DNA of 64,000 nucleotides from Candidatus Wolframiiraptor sinensis (GCA_023261815.1 JALNKA010000003.1:1-64000), one strand, 5' to 3'. Counted from the stretch's first letter, positions 20,288-31,355 are shown. Notes: a model not told the origin generated them from the sequence alone. A program made the numbers and translations.

Positions 20288-21352
20288 ATGGATAAGCTGA
20301 AGGCCGCCGTTCTCGGCGCCACGGGTATGGTCGGTCAGAGGCTTGTCAAGCTGCTCGCGGATCATCCGAGATTCGAGCTCGAGGTTCTCGCGGCTTCGTC
20401 GAGATCCGCGGGGAAAAAGTATTCCGAGGCCGTTCACTGGTGCATCGAAGGCGAGGTTCCGGAGAATGCTGCGGAGATGACTGTTGTCGAGGCTCGGCTG
20501 GAGGACGTCAAGCGTGGGGGAAGCGTGGACCTCGTCTTCTCAGCCCTACCATCCGAGATCGCGAGGGAGGTTGAGGCGGAGTTCGCGAGGGATGGAATAC
20601 CGGTGATAAGCGATGCAAGCGCCTATAGGATGGAGGAGGATGTCCCGATTCTCATAGGGGAGGTTAACCCGGATCACCTGAAGCTCGTGAAGGAGCAGAG
20701 AAGGAGGGGCTGGAGGTCATTCATAGTCACGAGCCCAAACTGCACGTCGAATGCCATGATACTCGCTCTGAAGCCACTCCTAGATGTGTATGGCATCAGG
20801 AGCGTCATCGTCTCAACTATGCAAGCTTTATCCGGCGCTGGCTGGACCGGAGTGCCATCCATGGCGATAACGGACAACATAATCCCATACATAAGGAATG
20901 AGGAGGAGAAGGTGGAACGCGAAGCATTAAAGATTCTTGGAAAGCTCGAGGGCTCGAGAATAGCTCCCGCGGACATCAGGATCTCGGCGAGCTGCCATAG
21001 GGTTAATGTTCTCGAGGGCCACTTGGAGGCGGTCTTCGTGGAGCTCGCTAGGGAGGCTGAGCCGGAGGAGGTCGCTGAGACCATGAGAAGGTTCAGGGGG
21101 AGGCCGCAGGAGCTTAAGCTACCAACAGCTCCCGAGAATCCGATAATCGTTAGAAGCGAGCCAGATAGGCCTCAGCCCAGACTGGATAGATGCGCCGGCA
21201 ACGGCATGTCGGTGGTGGTCGGCAGAATTAGGAGGGACCCGGTGCTGAGAAATGGGATAAAATTCCTAGTTCTAGGCCATAACACGATTAGGGGTGCCGC
21301 TGGGAACGCGGTCCTGAACGCCGAACTCGCCGAGGCGGAGGGATACCTCTAA
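20288..21352 (+). CDS. asd: Aspartate-semialdehyde dehydrogenase (archaeal type)
   Basis: GATGMVG, SPNCTS, QALSGAG, GHNTIRGAAG. Confidence 0.95.
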   Translation: MDKLKAAVLGATGMVGQRLVKLLADHPRFELEVLAASSRSAGKKYSEAVHWCIEGEVPENAAEMTVVEARLEDVKRGGSVDLVFSALPSEIAREVEAEFARDGIPVISDASAYRMEEDVPILIGEVNPDHLKLVKEQRRRGWRSFIVTSPNCTSNAMILALKPLLDVYGIRSVIVSTMQALSGAGWTGVPSMAITDNIIPYIRNEEEKVEREALKILGKLEGSRIAPADIRISASCHRVNVLEGHLEAVFVELAREAEPEEVAETMRRFRGRPQELKLPTAPENPIIVRSEPDRPQPRLDRCAGNGMSVVVGRIRRDPVLRNGIKFLVLGHNTIRGAAGNAVLNAELAEAEGYL

Positions 21353-21407
21353 GACCCACCGGAGCATGGGGACAGCTTATTTCATAGCTCCGACTTGGAG
21401 ATAGGAG

Positions 21408-22850
21408 ATGGCCAGGACTAAGATAGCCGTAACGGTGGGCGCGGCTAATAGGCAACCCGAGATTATTCGGAAAATGGCTTTAGCGGGCGCGAGAGCATTT
21501 AGAATAAACTTCAGCCACGGCTCCATCGAGGAGTGGCGGGAGACCGTTAAGATCGTTAGGGAGATTGAGGATGAGCTTGGAACGCATTTAGCCCTGATAG
21601 GCGATCTGCCCGGTCCATCGGTCAGAGTAGGTGTACTAGAGGAGCCGGTGGATGTGAAGGCGGGCGAGATCGTGAAGCTCGTCCTCTCAGATAGCTCTCG
21701 GGGAGGAGCCGAGAAAGTGATTCCGCTCCCAAATGAGGCCGTTCTCGCGGCTCTTAGGCGGGGGCACGTGATACTCATGGATGATGGTCTCGCGGCATTC
21801 GAGGTGGAATCCGCATCGAGCTCCGAGGCCGTCTTGAGAGCATTAACCGACGCGAGGATAAGCAGCAGGAAGAGCATGGTCGTGAGGGGCAAGGACCTAG
21901 ACCTCCCGACGATAAGCGGCAGGGAGGTTGAGATCGTGAAGTTCGCAGCGAGCGAGGAGCTCGACTATATCGGGCTAAGCTATGTCAGGGGAGAGCATGA
22001 CGTGGCGATGCTGAGGGGAATGCTATTATCCCTCGGAGCCGAGCAGACCTCGATAATAGCGAAGATAGAGGTGCCGGCCGCCGTGAGAAACCTCAGGGAG
22101 ATAGTGGATGCGGCCGACGCGATCTTGGTCGCGAGAGGCGATCTAGGAATGCACTTCCCGCTCGAGGAGGTTCCGAGGCTCCAGAGCATGGTCGTGAGGG
22201 AGTCCATAGGAAGGGGCAAGCCCGTGATAGTCGCAACGCAGCTCCTCGGGTCGATGATATGGAACCCGATCCCGACGAGGAGCGAGATAGTGGACGTCGT
22301 CGCCGCGATATCCGAGGGGGTGGATGTCCTGATGCTGACAAATGAGACGGCGGTCGGCAGATACCCGGTCGAGGCTGTTAAGTGGCTACACAAGATAATC
22401 GAGAGATATGAGCCGGGGATAACTCCGCCGAAGAGAATCATTGATCCGAGCGAGGATATTAGGACGAGGTTCGCCTATGGCGTCGCCTCGCTGGCGGAAT
22501 CCCTTAACGCCGCGATTCTCATCTACACGATCTCCGGCAGGACTGCTCAGAGGATAGCGAGCTTCAGGCCGTCCACGAGCGTGATAGCGGCCTCGCCCAG
22601 CAAAAGAACACTGCGCAGGCTAATGCTCCTGAGAGGCGTGGAGACTGTGGAGGTCTCATCCAAGACCTATGAGGAAGGGTTGAGCGAGCTGGGGAGAATG
22701 CTCATGAGCGGCGGGATAAGTGTGAGGGAGCACACGGTCGTCCTAACCTATGGCATGAGGGAGGAGCCCGTGCACCTAGTCAAGATAATACACTTGGGCT
22801 TAGGGGCTGAAGAGCGGCGGATGGATGGAGAATCTGCGCAAACAGCTTAA
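21408..22850 (+). CDS. pyk: Pyruvate kinase
   Basis: RTKI, RINFSHG, AKIE, VARGDLG, ATQ, PTRSE, ETAVG. Confidence 0.94.
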   Translation: MARTKIAVTVGAANRQPEIIRKMALAGARAFRINFSHGSIEEWRETVKIVREIEDELGTHLALIGDLPGPSVRVGVLEEPVDVKAGEIVKLVLSDSSRGGAEKVIPLPNEAVLAALRRGHVILMDDGLAAFEVESASSSEAVLRALTDARISSRKSMVVRGKDLDLPTISGREVEIVKFAASEELDYIGLSYVRGEHDVAMLRGMLLSLGAEQTSIIAKIEVPAAVRNLREIVDAADAILVARGDLGMHFPLEEVPRLQSMVVRESIGRGKPVIVATQLLGSMIWNPIPTRSEIVDVVAAISEGVDVLMLTNETAVGRYPVEAVKWLHKIIERYEPGITPPKRIIDPSEDIRTRFAYGVASLAESLNAAILIYTISGRTAQRIASFRPSTSVIAASPSKRTLRRLMLLRGVETVEVSSKTYEEGLSELGRMLMSGGISVREHTVVLTYGMREEPVHLVKIIHLGLGAEERRMDGESAQTA

Positions 22851-22880
22851 TAATCGCATAATCAGGTAGCCCGCGGGAAG

Positions 22881-23783
22881 ATGAACATCGCTGACTTGGT
22901 GAGGGAGATAAGGGAGGACTCTGTTAGCGGGGCATCGCAGCTCACGATCAAGGCCGCTGCAGCTTTCCTGAAGCTGCTCGAGAAGTCCGCGAGCATCAAG
23001 GATGTGAGAAGGCTAGTGAAGGCCCTCGCTGACGCTAGGCCGAGCATGCCGTCAATAGCGAACATGGCGCACATGATCGGCTCCATAATCGAGAAGGAAG
23101 TCTCGGCGGGAAAGCCGATAGAAGAGGCGATAGAGAACGCCGTTAGAAAATGCATAGGCGAGTATCAGGGCTCCTTGAGGAAAGCTGTGCAGAACGCGTC
23201 GGAGATCATGAGGAAGTGTAGCAGCATCCTCACGCACAGCTATAGCTCGACGATCGCCGGCGCCCTAGAGAGCTGCAGGGAAGTTAAGGTTTACGTGACC
23301 GAGTCGCGGCCCGGCTACGAGGGTAGGAGGCTGGCGGAGAGGCTCGCGGCCAGGGGACATGATGTGACGCTCATAGTGGATGCGGCCGCATCATACGTTA
23401 TCGATCAGGGGCTTGTTGATGCCGTAATGCTCGGATGCGACGCGATACTCGATGACGGCTCGATCGCGAACAAGATAGGCTCCAAGATGATCGCCCTCTC
23501 AGCGATGGATGCCGGCATACCGGTGAACATCGTGACGGACTTGTGGAAGGCGGCGGTCTACGGCTTCGGCCTGGAAAAGCATCCCGGCGAGGAAGTGTAT
23601 GCCGGGGAGGTCAAGCTCCGATGCCTAAACCCGTACTTCGAGGTTCTACCGCCGAGGCTGATAAGTGCATATGTCACCGAGAAGGGCGCGCTCAGGGTTG
23701 AGGAACTGATAGGGGAAATTGAGCTCATGTGGGGAGAGGTGGTTGCGAGGAAGCGGGAGAAGGCTCGGCCGCGGTCGAGGTAG
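22881..23783 (+). CDS. eIF-2B alpha/beta/delta-like protein (ribose-1,5-bisphosphate isomerase-like)
   Basis: ARPSM, LTHSYSST, ESRPGYEG, NKIGS, NPYFE. Confidence 0.82.
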   Translation: MNIADLVREIREDSVSGASQLTIKAAAAFLKLLEKSASIKDVRRLVKALADARPSMPSIANMAHMIGSIIEKEVSAGKPIEEAIENAVRKCIGEYQGSLRKAVQNASEIMRKCSSILTHSYSSTIAGALESCREVKVYVTESRPGYEGRRLAERLAARGHDVTLIVDAAASYVIDQGLVDAVMLGCDAILDDGSIANKIGSKMIALSAMDAGIPVNIVTDLWKAAVYGFGLEKHPGEEVYAGEVKLRCLNPYFEVLPPRLISAYVTEKGALRVEELIGEIELMWGEVVARKREKARPRSR

Positions 23784-23843
23784 CCCGGCCTCAAGATACT
23801 TTTATCAATACTTTTATCAACAAGCCTTATATTACGGAAGAGC

Positions 23844-24548
23844 ATGGCCGCTGAGTTGAGGTATCCTCTAATCGCCCTTAACTTTAAGGTCTATCTCGAG
23901 TCCATAGGCGAGAACGCCATAAGGCTCGCTAAGATCGCGGAGGAGGTTTCAAGGGAATACGATGTATCGATAATCGTCGCGCCGCCATTACTGGATCTCA
24001 GGGCGGTCGTGGAGCAGGTCAGCATACCGGTCTTCGCCCAGCACGTTGACCCACATCGCCCCGGAAGCCACACGGGCTCAATAATCGCGGAGGATGTTAA
24101 GGCATCAGGAGCCGTGGGCTCGATAGTCAATCATTCTGAGAAAAGGCTTCTATTAGCCGATATCGGAGCTGTTCTAGCGAGGTTGAGGGAGGTCGGGCTC
24201 ATCTCCCTTCTCTGCACGGACACCGTTGAGACCACGAGAGCTGGAGCGGTGCTCGGCCCCGATATCCTCGCGATAGAGCCCCCGGAGCTCATAGGAACCG
24301 GGGTACCAGTCTCCAAGGCGAAGCCCGATGTCGTCACGGGTGCTGTTGAGGCGATCAGGAGGATAAACCCATCAGTTCACATTCTGTGCGGAGCCGGGAT
24401 CTCGGCGGGTGATGACGTGGCCAAGGCGATAGAGCTCGGAACAGAAGGCGTCCTCCTAGCCAGCGCATATGTTAAAGCGAAGGATCCGAAGAAGCTTCTG
24501 GCCGAGATGGCCGAGGCGGCGATCAGGAGCTGGGAGAAGAGGGGCTAA
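23844..24548 (+). CDS. tpiA: Triosephosphate isomerase (archaeal type)
   Basis: NFKVY, AQHVD, NHSEKR, IEPPELIG, CGAGI. Confidence 0.95.
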   Translation: MAAELRYPLIALNFKVYLESIGENAIRLAKIAEEVSREYDVSIIVAPPLLDLRAVVEQVSIPVFAQHVDPHRPGSHTGSIIAEDVKASGAVGSIVNHSEKRLLLADIGAVLARLREVGLISLLCTDTVETTRAGAVLGPDILAIEPPELIGTGVPVSKAKPDVVTGAVEAIRRINPSVHILCGAGISAGDDVAKAIELGTEGVLLASAYVKAKDPKKLLAEMAEAAIRSWEKRG

Positions 24549-24661
24549 GCCGCCCTCCCCGTGCCCAAAACCTCAACTAAGCCGGATACCTGCATACGAG
24601 CCCTACGGAGTAGGCTTTGGGAGGATAGGCTATATATTGGAAGGGGGCGCGGCTTAATGGG

Positions 24662-26086
24662 ATGAGCGTCTCGGCGTCGAAGAAATTCGAGAACTTCTCC
24701 GACTGGTTTGACGACGTCATCTTTAGAGCTAGGATAGTGGATAACAGGTTTCCGGTTAAGGGCTTCTCGGTGTACGTGGAGAATGGGGCCTTCATGCTTG
24801 ACATGATCAGGAGGCTCCTCGAGGAGGAGCTCGAGAAGACCGGGCACAAGAAGATGTACTTCCCGCTAGTAACGAGCGAGGAGCTCTTCAAGAAGGAGGC
24901 GGAGCACATCAAGGGGTTCTCGAAGGAGGTTTTCGTAATAGATCAGGGCGCCGGGGAGCAGAAGCTCATAATCAGGCCCACTTCCGAGACGATAATGTAC
25001 CCGATGTTCAAGCTCTGGATAAGGAGCCACGCGGATCTACCTTTGAAAGTTCATCAGAGCGTGAACGTCTATAGGAAAGAGACAAAGGCAACGAGAGCGC
25101 TCTACAGGGTTAGGGAGATACCGTGGAATGAGGCTCACACGGTGCATGAGACGGCCGCTGAGGCCGAGAAGCAAGTTAGAGAGGCCATGGAGATATATGA
25201 GAGAGTCCTGAGAAAGCTCTGCATAGGCTACATCATACTTAAGAGACCCGACTTCGACAAGTTCGCCGGAGCAGTCTACTCCATAGCATTTGACGCGTGG
25301 AATCCTGATGGGAAAGTGAATCAGGTAGCGACGATCCACAACCTCGGGAGAAACTTCGCCAAGGCCTATGAGATAGAGTTCGAAAAGAGGGATGGAAGTC
25401 GGGGGATACCGTATCAGACATGCTATGGCTTCGGCTTCAGCAGAGTTCTCGCGGCCATCATAGCCCAGCACGGGGATGATAGGGGCCTAGTTCTCCCGCC
25501 GGCGATCGCTCCAACGCAGGTCGTCATAATCCCGATACCATTCAAGGGTCAGGAGAAGCAGATAAACGACTACGCGCTCAAGGTAAGGGATATGCTGGTG
25601 GGCAAATGGAGGGTCGTCCTCGACGACCGCGATGATGTTACCCCGGGCGAGAAGTTCTATCACTGGGAGTTGATGGGAGTCCCGGTCAGGGCTGAGATCG
25701 GGCCGAAGGAGGTTATCGAGTCCTCGGTAACCCTCGCAAGAAGGGATACGCTGGAGAGGATTAAGGTGCCGCTGGACGAGCTCGTCGGCAAGGTAGATGA
25801 GCTGATGAAGGCCATAGAGTCGAGCCTGCTTGAAAGGAGCAGGCGCATGATGCTCAGCGCGATATCCGACGCCGGGAACATCGAGGAGATAAGGAGGGTC
25901 TTGAAGGAGAGGCGGATCGCGAGAATAAACTGGTGTGGTAGCATCGAGTGCGCCGAGAAGCTGAAGGAGGAGGTCGGCGGAGAGATCAGGGGGGAGAGGT
26001 ACGACGTGGCTGAGAAGCCGCTCGGCCCATGCGCGGTATGCGGAGGCGAAGCTAAGTCAGTCGTCTATGTCGCGAGATCATACTAG
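24662..26086 (+). CDS. proS: Prolyl-tRNA synthetase (archaeal/eukaryotic type)
   Basis: RPTSET, SHADLP, KFAGA, HGDDRGL, C-terminal ARSY. Confidence 0.96.
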   Translation: MSVSASKKFENFSDWFDDVIFRARIVDNRFPVKGFSVYVENGAFMLDMIRRLLEEELEKTGHKKMYFPLVTSEELFKKEAEHIKGFSKEVFVIDQGAGEQKLIIRPTSETIMYPMFKLWIRSHADLPLKVHQSVNVYRKETKATRALYRVREIPWNEAHTVHETAAEAEKQVREAMEIYERVLRKLCIGYIILKRPDFDKFAGAVYSIAFDAWNPDGKVNQVATIHNLGRNFAKAYEIEFEKRDGSRGIPYQTCYGFGFSRVLAAIIAQHGDDRGLVLPPAIAPTQVVIIPIPFKGQEKQINDYALKVRDMLVGKWRVVLDDRDDVTPGEKFYHWELMGVPVRAEIGPKEVIESSVTLARRDTLERIKVPLDELVGKVDELMKAIESSLLERSRRMMLSAISDAGNIEEIRRVLKERRIARINWCGSIECAEKLKEEVGGEIRGERYDVAEKPLGPCAVCGGEAKSVVYVARSY

Positions 26087-27399
26087 AGCTTGGAGATCTC
26101 CTCGAGTCTCTTCCCCTTGGTCTCCTCGCCGAAAGCGCCCGTCGTGGCCGCGGCCACCAAGTGCACCAGCGCGAATACTAGGAAGGCGTAGAAGAGCTCT
26201 CCTCCGCTGACCTCCATGAGGTATCCCGTGGCATATGGGGCCAGTATTCCAGCCAGCCTTCCAATGCTCGCAGCCGCTCCCGAGCCCGTCCCCCTGAGCT
26301 CCGTCGGATAGAGCTCTGGCGTATATGTGTAGAGCCCGGCCCACGCTCCAAGATTGAAGAAGCTTATCACGCAGCTGTATAGGAGGATCATGCTGATATC
26401 TTGGGTCGTTGAGAGGAGGAGGGATGCGATCCCGGCGACGGCCAGGTAGAAGGCGAGTATGGGCTTCCTCCCCGCCCTGTCAAGGAGAAGGGCTGCGCTA
26501 TAGTATCCTGGAACCTGCACTAGAGTGACGATCAGGACCCACTCGAGCGATTTCACGATCGAGAAACCCAGCCTATCCACGTAGATCGATGGCAGCCAGA
26601 TGAATATCCCGTGATAGGTGTATACGAGGGCGGCCCAGAGCATCCATAATATGATGGTCCTCCTCAGATACTCTCCCGTGATCAGCTTCTTGACGCTGAT
26701 CTTTTGAGGCGGCTGAGGCTTGAGATCGAGCCTCTCAGCATCCTCGACCAGCCCATACCTCCTAAATATGCTCCTGATCTCATTGATCCTGCCTTTCTTC
26801 TCTAGGAACCTTATCGACTCTGGGACCTGAAGTGCTATGAATGGCACGAGTATCAGCGGTACGTAGGCGGCGTTGAACGCAGCTCTCCAGCCATATTCCG
26901 GTATCAGTATATAGCCGAAAACGACCGATAGTATTGCGCCATAAACCCACGCGGTCTCGACTATGCCGACGAATCTACCCCTATACTTGGCCGGAGGATA
27001 CTCGCTCATGTAGACGCCCGGTAGCGGTAATGTGCCTCCGAGCCCGAAGCCGGCTATCAGCCTAAAGGCACCCATGATCTCGTAGTTGGGAGAGAGCCCG
27101 CATAGCCCCGTGAATATAGAGCCTATTAGGATCATGGCTATCATGGTGGGCTTTCTCCCAATTTTATCGGCTATGAAGCCACTTGAGAGAGCGCCCAGAA
27201 ACATCCCGACGTAGCCGAAGCTCGCCAGCAACCCCGCAGCAGCCCTATCGAGACCCCATTCAGCGGATATGCGCGGAAGGGTGACGGAGATCAGCATGAC
27301 GTTCATCGCCGTCAGCCCGTAGATCAGGCTCGTGATCGCCAGTAGGATGTAGTGAAATCTCCGGAGAGGCTGCCTCTCAAGAACCTCTACAGCGCTCAT
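26083..27399 (-). CDS. MFS transporter (sugar/aromatic acid type)
   Basis: ADKIGRK, SEYPPAKYRG, LDRAGRK, PELYPTELRG, ETKGK. Confidence 0.9.
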   Translation of the reverse strand: MSAVEVLERQPLRRFHYILLAITSLIYGLTAMNVMLISVTLPRISAEWGLDRAAAGLLASFGYVGMFLGALSSGFIADKIGRKPTMIAMILIGSIFTGLCGLSPNYEIMGAFRLIAGFGLGGTLPLPGVYMSEYPPAKYRGRFVGIVETAWVYGAILSVVFGYILIPEYGWRAAFNAAYVPLILVPFIALQVPESIRFLEKKGRINEIRSIFRRYGLVEDAERLDLKPQPPQKISVKKLITGEYLRRTIILWMLWAALVYTYHGIFIWLPSIYVDRLGFSIVKSLEWVLIVTLVQVPGYYSAALLLDRAGRKPILAFYLAVAGIASLLLSTTQDISMILLYSCVISFFNLGAWAGLYTYTPELYPTELRGTGSGAAASIGRLAGILAPYATGYLMEVSGGELFYAFLVFALVHLVAAATTGAFGEETKGKRLEEISKL

Positions 27400-27476
27400 A
27401 TTATCCCCACCCTTATCTCGATCGTTCTCAATGGTTCGCAAAATGGAGAGTGTTGGGAATTAAGCTTTTTGCTCAC

Positions 27477-28463
27477 CTACACGGTTATGAACTGGTCTAG
27501 GAATCTCAGCCTCTTCGCCGGATGCGGGTGGGTGCTGAATAGCTCCAGTGCTAGGCTGGGCTTCTGCCTCTTAATCTCCTCTATCAGCGAGTCAACATCG
27601 CCGTAGGCTTTTACAGCCACATCCGGGTCCGAGATGAAGAACATCTTGAGCTGGTCGTGACGGCTTCTAACAGACTTCGGGAGCCTTCCGGTGGCAACCA
27701 TTATCTTAGCGAGCCCCCTCTGGAGATTTCTGGCGCCGTTCTCGACGTTGATCGCCGCGTGCGAGTCCGCGTAATACTCCCTAAGCCTGCTCATGTAATA
27801 GACGAAGAGGTTGAAGATGAAGCTGACGGCTATTAGCAGCATCCCTATCAGGATCGCGAGCCCGCCTCCACCGCCCTCCCTACTCTTGCCTCCGCCGAGC
27901 CAGCCGGAGAGATAGAGGCTATATCCTATGTAATAGATGAGGGCCGGGATGAGGCTTATCATCATCATGACTATCATATCCCGGTGCTTCAAGTGGCCCA
28001 GCTCATGGCCTATCACGGCCTCAACCTCTTCAGGGTCAAGGGTTCTCAGCAAGCCCCTAGTAACGGCGACCATGTTCCCCGTTAAGGGGCTCCCATAAGC
28101 GAACGCGTTCGGGAGATCTATCTCAGCGATCATGAGCTTCGGAGGCTGCTTTAAGCCGCTTCTCGCGGAGATCCTCTCAACGGCTTCGCGCAGCCACGGG
28201 TACTCGCCGGGCTTAAGTTCCCTCACATGGTAGATCGCGTTGACTATGTAGGGGCCTATGAGCCACTGGAGGAAATGGAATGCTACGACGAAGCCCAGGA
28301 TGCCGTAGACCCCGATCACCGGGAACCCGAGATATAGCAGGATCGCTGTCAGGATGAGCGTTGCGAGACCCGTTATGAGAGCCCACACGCCTATCATCGA
28401 GAGCCTAAGCTTCAGTAGGGAGATTCTAGCCCTCTGGGAGGAAGCTCTGGAGAGCCCGGCCAT
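27477..28463 (-). CDS. htpX: Zinc metalloprotease HtpX (M48)
   Basis: PNAFAYG, HELGH, SRLREYYAD, FSTHP. Confidence 0.93.
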   Translation of the reverse strand: MAGLSRASSQRARISLLKLRLSMIGVWALITGLATLILTAILLYLGFPVIGVYGILGFVVAFHFLQWLIGPYIVNAIYHVRELKPGEYPWLREAVERISARSGLKQPPKLMIAEIDLPNAFAYGSPLTGNMVAVTRGLLRTLDPEEVEAVIGHELGHLKHRDMIVMMMISLIPALIYYIGYSLYLSGWLGGGKSREGGGGGLAILIGMLLIAVSFIFNLFVYYMSRLREYYADSHAAINVENGARNLQRGLAKIMVATGRLPKSVRSRHDQLKMFFISDPDVAVKAYGDVDSLIEEIKRQKPSLALELFSTHPHPAKRLRFLDQFITV

Positions 28464-28562
28464 ACCATCTCGAAAGCATGCTAAGCTTCCTATTAACCTT
28501 GACCCTAATTATGACGCTATTATTTTTGGCGAGCTCGCCTGGCGCCAGATCCGCAATATAAT

Positions 28563-29069
28563 TCAAAGCTTTTTCCAGCTGATCCCCATCCTTTTAAGTC
28601 TCTCCAGCAACTCCATGTACCAGCTCGGCAGCATATAGTCATCTATGGAGTATGAGGGTGTATAGGCTCTTAAATCCAGTATTGGCGTCCCATTATAGAG
28701 GTCGAGGCCTGAGACGTGAAGCATACTCCCATCAACTCTCTTAAGCCCGAGGATTGTTAATGCTATCGGATTGGGCCTATGCGGCGAGTCCGAGCAGAAG
28801 ACTCCGACCTCCGGAATCTCCTCCGGGCTCAGCCCCATCATAATCAATCTCTTAAACCTGACTCTAAGAGTCGTTCTCGCGCTCTCCGGAACCTTATGGA
28901 GCCAGGCGATAGCGATTATGTGGGAGAAGCCTTCTAACCCGATGAGGCCGCTGGAATACTGGGGATAGATCACGATTCTGCCCTCGACGCCCCGAGGCCA
29001 AGACATTGCCACCTCCTCATCGCTATACTCTGTCTCCACGTAGCCTATCGGGTGAAAGCATATCTCCAT
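28563..29069 (-). CDS. tsaA: TrmO/TsaA-like tRNA methyltransferase
   Basis: PIGYV, GLEGFSH, GVF..SPHRPNPI, GLDLYNGTPILD. Confidence 0.88.
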   Translation of the reverse strand: MEICFHPIGYVETEYSDEEVAMSWPRGVEGRIVIYPQYSSGLIGLEGFSHIIAIAWLHKVPESARTTLRVRFKRLIMMGLSPEEIPEVGVFCSDSPHRPNPIALTILGLKRVDGSMLHVSGLDLYNGTPILDLRAYTPSYSIDDYMLPSWYMELLERLKRMGISWKKL

Positions 29070-29163
29070 GCTATTTTCTGATGAAGGGCCATGAAAATTT
29101 AAACAATCTTCCAGACGATAGCCTCAAATCCCCCTAATAGCCAAGTTTTCATTAGGTGGCTCA

Positions 29164-29994
29164 ATGGCGTTTGAGATCCCATTGGAAGTAGAAGAGAAGG
29201 TGATGAGCGGGAGGGCTGCGGAGAAGAGATACGCGCTGCTCGGTTTTGGCGGATGGCCCGATGCTGGCAGGGTCGCATCACTCACGGTCGAGTATTTCGC
29301 GAGAGCCCTTAAAGCGGAGAAGCTCATGGAGCTCGATTGCTCGGAGATCCATGATCTAACAATGAATAGGCCTTTCGTGGAGATAAGGGAGGCGCTGATC
29401 GAGAGCTTCCGCATGCCCGGAGCAGTAATTTATTTCTGGAAGGATCCGGGCCAGAGCTCATCCCTCATAATCTTCAGCGGCGTCGAGCCGAGCCTTCGAT
29501 GGAGGGAGTTTTCAGACTTTATCATAGGCTTATGCAAAACGATATCAGCCAGAAGAATATATCTCGTGGGAGGAGTATTGGATCAGGTTCCGCACACTAG
29601 GAGACCGAGGATCTCCGCCGTCGTGAACATGGAGCACTTGAAATCTGAGATGCTGCTATCAGGTCTCGATCTAACGGAGTATAGCGGGCCGGCTAGCATC
29701 CACAGTTACTTGATGATAAAGGCGAAGCAGATGGGCTTGGAGGCTGTGGGGCTCTGGGCTCATACGCCAGCCTACGTACAGCATCCGAACGCGATCGCCG
29801 CCTATCACCTGGCCGTGAAGCTCGCTGAGCTGATGAAGATAACGATAGACCTCAGCGAGCTCAAGATGATGGCCGACTCGCTCCGGCAGGCGATAAGCAG
29901 GGCTATGGAAGAGAATGCGGACCTGAGAAGGATGGTCGAGGAAATCGAGAGAATGTATGATGAGCGGTATGGGAAACCATCCTATATCGCGTGA
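29164..29994 (+). CDS. PAC2 family proteasome assembly chaperone
   Basis: GFGGWPDAG, GVEP, VPHTR, YSGPASI, LWAHTPAY, C-terminal YIA. Confidence 0.85.
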   Translation: MAFEIPLEVEEKVMSGRAAEKRYALLGFGGWPDAGRVASLTVEYFARALKAEKLMELDCSEIHDLTMNRPFVEIREALIESFRMPGAVIYFWKDPGQSSSLIIFSGVEPSLRWREFSDFIIGLCKTISARRIYLVGGVLDQVPHTRRPRISAVVNMEHLKSEMLLSGLDLTEYSGPASIHSYLMIKAKQMGLEAVGLWAHTPAYVQHPNAIAAYHLAVKLAELMKITIDLSELKMMADSLRQAISRAMEENADLRRMVEEIERMYDERYGKPSYIA

Positions 29995-30027
29995 AATAGA
30001 GGGGTAACGTGGAGCACATTCCTCCTA

Positions 30028-30564
30028 TTATTGGCCGAGCTCCCTCTTTATGCTCTCGAGCTCCTTCTTGAATATCCCGTAGGTCTCATCATCGTAGAGG
30101 CAGAAGATGACGCGCTCGATTCCGCTTCCCCTCTGGAGGTACTCCACGGCTGCTCTCAGCATGATCTTAGCGCACCTCTCCTTAGGAAAGCCGAATACTC
30201 CAGTCGAGATCGCTGGAAAGGCTATGCTCTTGACCCGATGCTGCTCCGCGAGCTTGAGCGAGTTCAGGGTCGCGCTGCGGAGCTTATCATCCTCATCTCC
30301 CTCGCCCATCCTCGGGCCGACCGCATGTATCACGTATCTCGCCTTGAGCTTCCCCGCGCCGGTGATCACGGCCCCGCCGACCGGGCAGTAACCAATCCTA
30401 TCGCACTCCTCTTGGATGCTCCAGCCACCCTTCCTCAGAATAGCTCCAGCAACGCCTCCGCCCATCTTGAGCCTAGAATTGGCCGCGTTGACGATGGCAT
30501 CAACCTCGAGCTCCGTGATATCGCCCTTGACAAGCTCAATAACGGAATTACCCACCCTAAGCAT
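30028..30564 (-). CDS. Macro domain (ADP-ribose binding/hydrolase) protein
   Basis: GDIT, AIVNAAN, GGGVAGAI, VIHAVGP, PAISTGVFGFP. Confidence 0.95.
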   Translation of the reverse strand: MLRVGNSVIELVKGDITELEVDAIVNAANSRLKMGGGVAGAILRKGGWSIQEECDRIGYCPVGGAVITGAGKLKARYVIHAVGPRMGEGDEDDKLRSATLNSLKLAEQHRVKSIAFPAISTGVFGFPKERCAKIMLRAAVEYLQRGSGIERVIFCLYDDETYGIFKKELESIKRELGQ

Positions 30565-30695
30565 CAGGTGACCATTATGCGGTGGAGGAATATAGGTTTG
30601 AAGAAGCGTTGTGCTCTATCATTCCGTGCTCTTTTCTTCTCGAGTGGTGTTGCGCGAAATGCTTTTAGCCTGCCTTCCTGCTGGAGGACCGGCTC

Positions 30696-31355
30696 ATGGT
30701 GTCCGTTAAGCTCTTGGAGGAGGATGAGAAGAGCGTTAAGCTCTTGTTGTCGGGTGTTCCGCTCGCGGTGGCTAACGCGATCCGGCGCATGGCGATAAAT
30801 GAGGTTCCGACGATGGCGATCGAGGAAGTGCTCATAATCGAGAATAGCTCCAGCATGCCAAACGACGTCCTGGCGCACAGGATCTCCCTCATACCATTCA
30901 TCTCGGATATAGACCACTATGTGCCCCCAGAGGAGTGCGGATGCGGAAAGAGGCTTGGATGTGAGCGCTGCGCGGTCAGGTTCGTCCTGAGAGCTGAGGC
31001 CAAGGATGAGCCGATAACTGTTTACAGCGGAGACATCGTGCCAGAGGAGGAGACATCTGTGAAGCCCGTGAGCCCTAGGATTCCGATAGTCAAGCTCGGG
31101 CCTGGCCAGAAGATTGAGCTCGAGCTCTATGTCAGAGTCGGAAGGGGGAGTAAGCATGCGAAGTGGCAGGCTGCGATAGCAACGCTTTACGAGCCCGAGG
31201 ACGGCGGAAAAGATGAAAGAATACTTTATGTCGAGTCTATAGGCTTCCTGCCGCCCAAGAGGATCCTTGTGGAGGCTGCTAAAGCGCTGGAGAAGAAGGT
31301 GCTTGGGCTCGAGAGCCTCTTCCAAGAGGCCATCCAGCAGGGGCCCGGGAAATGA
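30696..31355 (+). CDS. rpoD: DNA-directed RNA polymerase subunit D (Rpo3)
   Basis: ANAIRR, EVPTMAIE, LAHRISLIP, CxC..C..C cluster, HAKWQ. Confidence 0.95.
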   Translation: MVSVKLLEEDEKSVKLLLSGVPLAVANAIRRMAINEVPTMAIEEVLIIENSSSMPNDVLAHRISLIPFISDIDHYVPPEECGCGKRLGCERCAVRFVLRAEAKDEPITVYSGDIVPEEETSVKPVSPRIPIVKLGPGQKIELELYVRVGRGSKHAKWQAAIATLYEPEDGGKDERILYVESIGFLPPKRILVEAAKALEKKVLGLESLFQEAIQQGPGK